Assembly: GCA_002269645.1 (NCBI GenBank)
Contig: NIVC01000260.1
Coordinates: 679,857-743,856, forward strand
Origin: Macrostomum lignano
Taxonomy: Eukaryota
DNA: 64,000 nucleotides
Reading direction: 5' to 3'
The notes beneath the pieces are model-generated. The model was given only the letters and a program-made list of their open reading frames with translations, was not told the origin of the DNA and did not search any database. A program made the translations under genes and the position numbers. Positions 61,083-64,000 of the stretch are shown here, in pieces; positions within the stretch are counted from its first letter, which is position 1; the number at the start of each line of letters is the position of its first letter.

Positions 61083-62254
61083 GTAAGTGTTGTTTCCCTA
61101 ATCAGTATCCACTCTGCATCATCACTGTGGGAAATTTTCCGCAATCCTCGTCCCGATGTTTTCGCGTGTTTTAAGGCAAACTTTTTTTTAGCTGCAAAAA
61201 TCTCCGATACGCGTCCAGCAGTGCCTAAGTGAAATTTCCGCGTTTACGGTGTTTGGGGGAGACCGAACGATAATAAGGAAGTGCGCTTGCTTGCTTAGTC
61301 TGTAGCTACATACGCTTTAGTAGTACAGCCGTTGTAGTATGTACTTTTATTACCCTGGCTTACTCGCTGATTTCTATGTGTTTGTGGTTGTGTATTAGGC
61401 ATAAACCGCTGTCTGCTTCCAGCATTCGTTAGCATGGTTTTCTGATTATGGAGACCTAACGTAAAGTCTTATGCTAGAAAACCAAAACAAATGTACTTTT
61501 AGTTAAACAGAACAGTTATAAAAAATAACAAAGTAAATTCAGTCAGTTCAAATTTAATAACCGAAACTCGAAGTTGTTCCTGACCATTCTACTATCATAC
61601 TACTTTTTGTGCATGTTCAATCAGCATTTATTTCTTTATAGGCGCGACAAATCTTGGCCAATTTTAGGGGTCGTGGCGCGAGAATCAGACTACAGTAATG
61701 ATTAGCGACGCACATTCGTAACTGTACAATACGATGTGATTTGTCTCCATTCGCCTTTCTCTCTTCTCGGTGGGTAGCCTTCATAGTGCCTTAGAGTTCG
61801 TCTTTGTTGCCATTTTCATTTTCATTGCACTGGCAATTTCCTATACCCATGGAGGTGCTAATGCTGAGTGACGTGCTGGCTTCAGCCTTGGACTTAGTCG
61901 CAAGTACATGTAGCTGCAGCAGTCTTGGAAAACAAAACTCCACAGAACTATGGGGTTTAGCGTAGCTTTGGATCATTTTGGTCAAGACATGCTGTCATGG
62001 TATCATACCAGGCATTCATTCATTCCCGGGATCCGCATGATTTGGCCTCTAAATCCGGCATTTTGGCAAGATAAATACCAGGATTACTATCGGCAGGGGC
62101 GTAGGCAAGTTGGGGATTTAAGTGAATATGGATGACTTTGCAAATGTATACGAGTGTGGCACCACTTGCAGCAGCTTTGGGGCCCTTGGCGCTAGCGCCC
62201 ATAGTACTGACGCTCCTGACTCTAGCGCCCACTCAAATCAGAAATTCTGGTGCC

Positions 62255-62525
62255 TCTGGTGCTGGCGCCCCTGGTGCTGGCGCCCCTGGTGCTGGCGCCC
62301 CTGGTGCTGGCGCCCCTGGTGCTGGCGCCCCTGGTGCTGGCGCCCCTGGTGCTGGCGCCCCTGGTGCTGGCGCCCCTGGTGCTGGCGCCCTGGTGCTGGC
62401 GCCCCTGGTGCTGGCGCCCCTGGTGCTGGCGCCCCTGGTGCTGGCGCCCCTGGTGCTGGCGCCCCTGGTGCTGGCGCCCCTGGTGCTGGCGCCCCTGGTG
62501 CTGGCGCCCCTGGTGCTGGCGCCCA
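62255..62525 (+). repeat. 15-bp GC-rich minisatellite (GGTGCTGGCGCCCCT) x~17 with one 14-bp unit
   Basis: Direct reading. Confidence 0.95.
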
Positions 62526-64000
62526 TGGAAATGGAAAATAGAAAATCCATGGCTAAGCTCCTGCCTATCAGTCAGGATTAAATCTGTAATTTCAATGGAT
62601 AGGATTTCTGGCTTTTATTACGAGATTACGAGATACTGTTGTCAAATGTTTATATTGAGTTGTCGTACACTACGCACGTTGTTTTTGCAAGTTTACATGT
62701 AGTGCCGTGAAGGAAGTGTGCAGATATTTTGTGTGTCATGCGCTCGTACAGAAAGCAGTATATATCTGACTAATCAGAAGTCTGAACCGGCTATGTTGCG
62801 TTTTCATGCTTTTCATAAAGTGACACGCGTCATCCACACATTCGGCTATTTTTCGGAGCTTAAATGGAGCCTAATGCTTTATGCTACTTTGACTCTTGGT
62901 AACATTGGCGGTCGGTTGGCGGTTGGCTTTACTGCACCAATGCCACTCGAACCTTTGACTCTAGATTTCACCCCCCCCTCTCTTACTGCCCCGATCTCTT
63001 CTTGGTTTTCCATTTGCTTTGCTATCGAACTGCGCGTCGTGTGCAGAAACAGGAAGGCAGAGTCGTGTAACGTTTCTGGTTGAGGGCAAGTGTGCATTGG
63101 GGACTGGCTTGGAGGTTTGGTGAAATAATCAAGTTAAGGAAACACTGAACACCCTGCGGCCCAAGTGCACGACGGAAACGCGTCTGTCTGTCTTAGATTT
63201 CTGTTCGAATTCTTGCGTTTGCGATTGTTTTGTGCGGCCTGTCGAGCGCTGCTGAGACCCCCTCTATCCCACCCTTAACTCTCGCGTCTCTGGAACAGCA
63301 GATGCGTCGTGTTTATCAGGGTTTGAGAGTGGGTGGTGTTTTTGCTTAGCTATTTATTTCTTATCTAATAAATCAGATTAGCCCCGATACCACAATGCTG
63401 CTAAACTGTTTCGCGTGTGAAGAGGTTTTCTGGCGGCGTTTACGACTGGATTTGACTTACAAATTATCTATAGGGCGGGCAGCCCAAGGCCCACTAGACA
63501 CTATATTTTTCTTTATTTCTTTCTAGTTGAGACTTCAGACCTTGTCTCCAAGACTCTTGTTTTTGTGAACTGTTGAATGTTTTACTCAATAATTTTGTAG
63601 ATCTCAGTATTATAGTAGCAGTAACTGAACTTAATAACCACATGTACATGAAGTCTGAGGGGCGAAACAGGAAACACTAAAAAACAGCAGAAAGCATTAG
63701 GATATCAATCACTCTGGAATAATACGAACTAATGAGTTTTATTAAAATGTAAAATATTGGAGTTTAAAAATTAAAACAGTTTTAATTTACGGTTTGAACT
63801 TAGTTAATTTTATGCCTGTTTAACATTAAGTGGTTTGGTTGTGTTAAAGTGAGTTAAACTGACCGTAAAGGAGAGGAATTCTGCTTATTTTAATTGGAGG
63901 GACTGCTGACGTGGAGGCGCTAGAGGCCCCCAGTGTTCATACCCGACCCCCACCCCATTGCACCCATACCCCCACTCTTAGACAAGTTTATTAAGCAATG

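Overview
Eukaryotic (metazoan) genomic DNA with spliceosomal introns, GC-rich exons and heavy tandem-repeat content. The style resembles a free-living flatworm such as Macrostomum (inference only). Genes: (i) a dispersed cluster of intronless secreted C-type lectin + degenerate PAN/apple genes, with four intact copies (2228-2947, 13945-14661, 19552-20271, 42905-43663), one pseudogene (8097-8803) and an orphan 66-bp 3' fragment (1131-1196); (ii) a disrupted type II membrane FkbM-like methyltransferase; (iii) a 3-exon GPI-anchored Ly6/uPAR (CD59-like) gene; (iv) malonyl-CoA decarboxylase (MLYCD, minus strand), whose introns carry 23-bp minisatellites and a solo LTR; (v) a 2-exon class A GPCR; (vi) an RIIa/Sp17-like docking-domain gene; (vii) a ~3.9-kb exon encoding an acidic repeat protein. 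Mobile DNA includes an RNase H LINE, a DIRS/Ngaro YR retrotransposon, Ty3/Gypsy and RTE fragments, two tRNA-SINE families, a MITE, a 151-bp-repeat element family with a foldback copy, and many minisatellites. Top observation: the lectin copies share a 3' block that is nearly identical at nucleotide level and pairwise-shared mosaic segments around a hypervariable ligand-binding core. This suggests a segmental gene-conversion diversification system for an invertebrate lectin family. All coordinates and alignments were read by eye; no searches were run.
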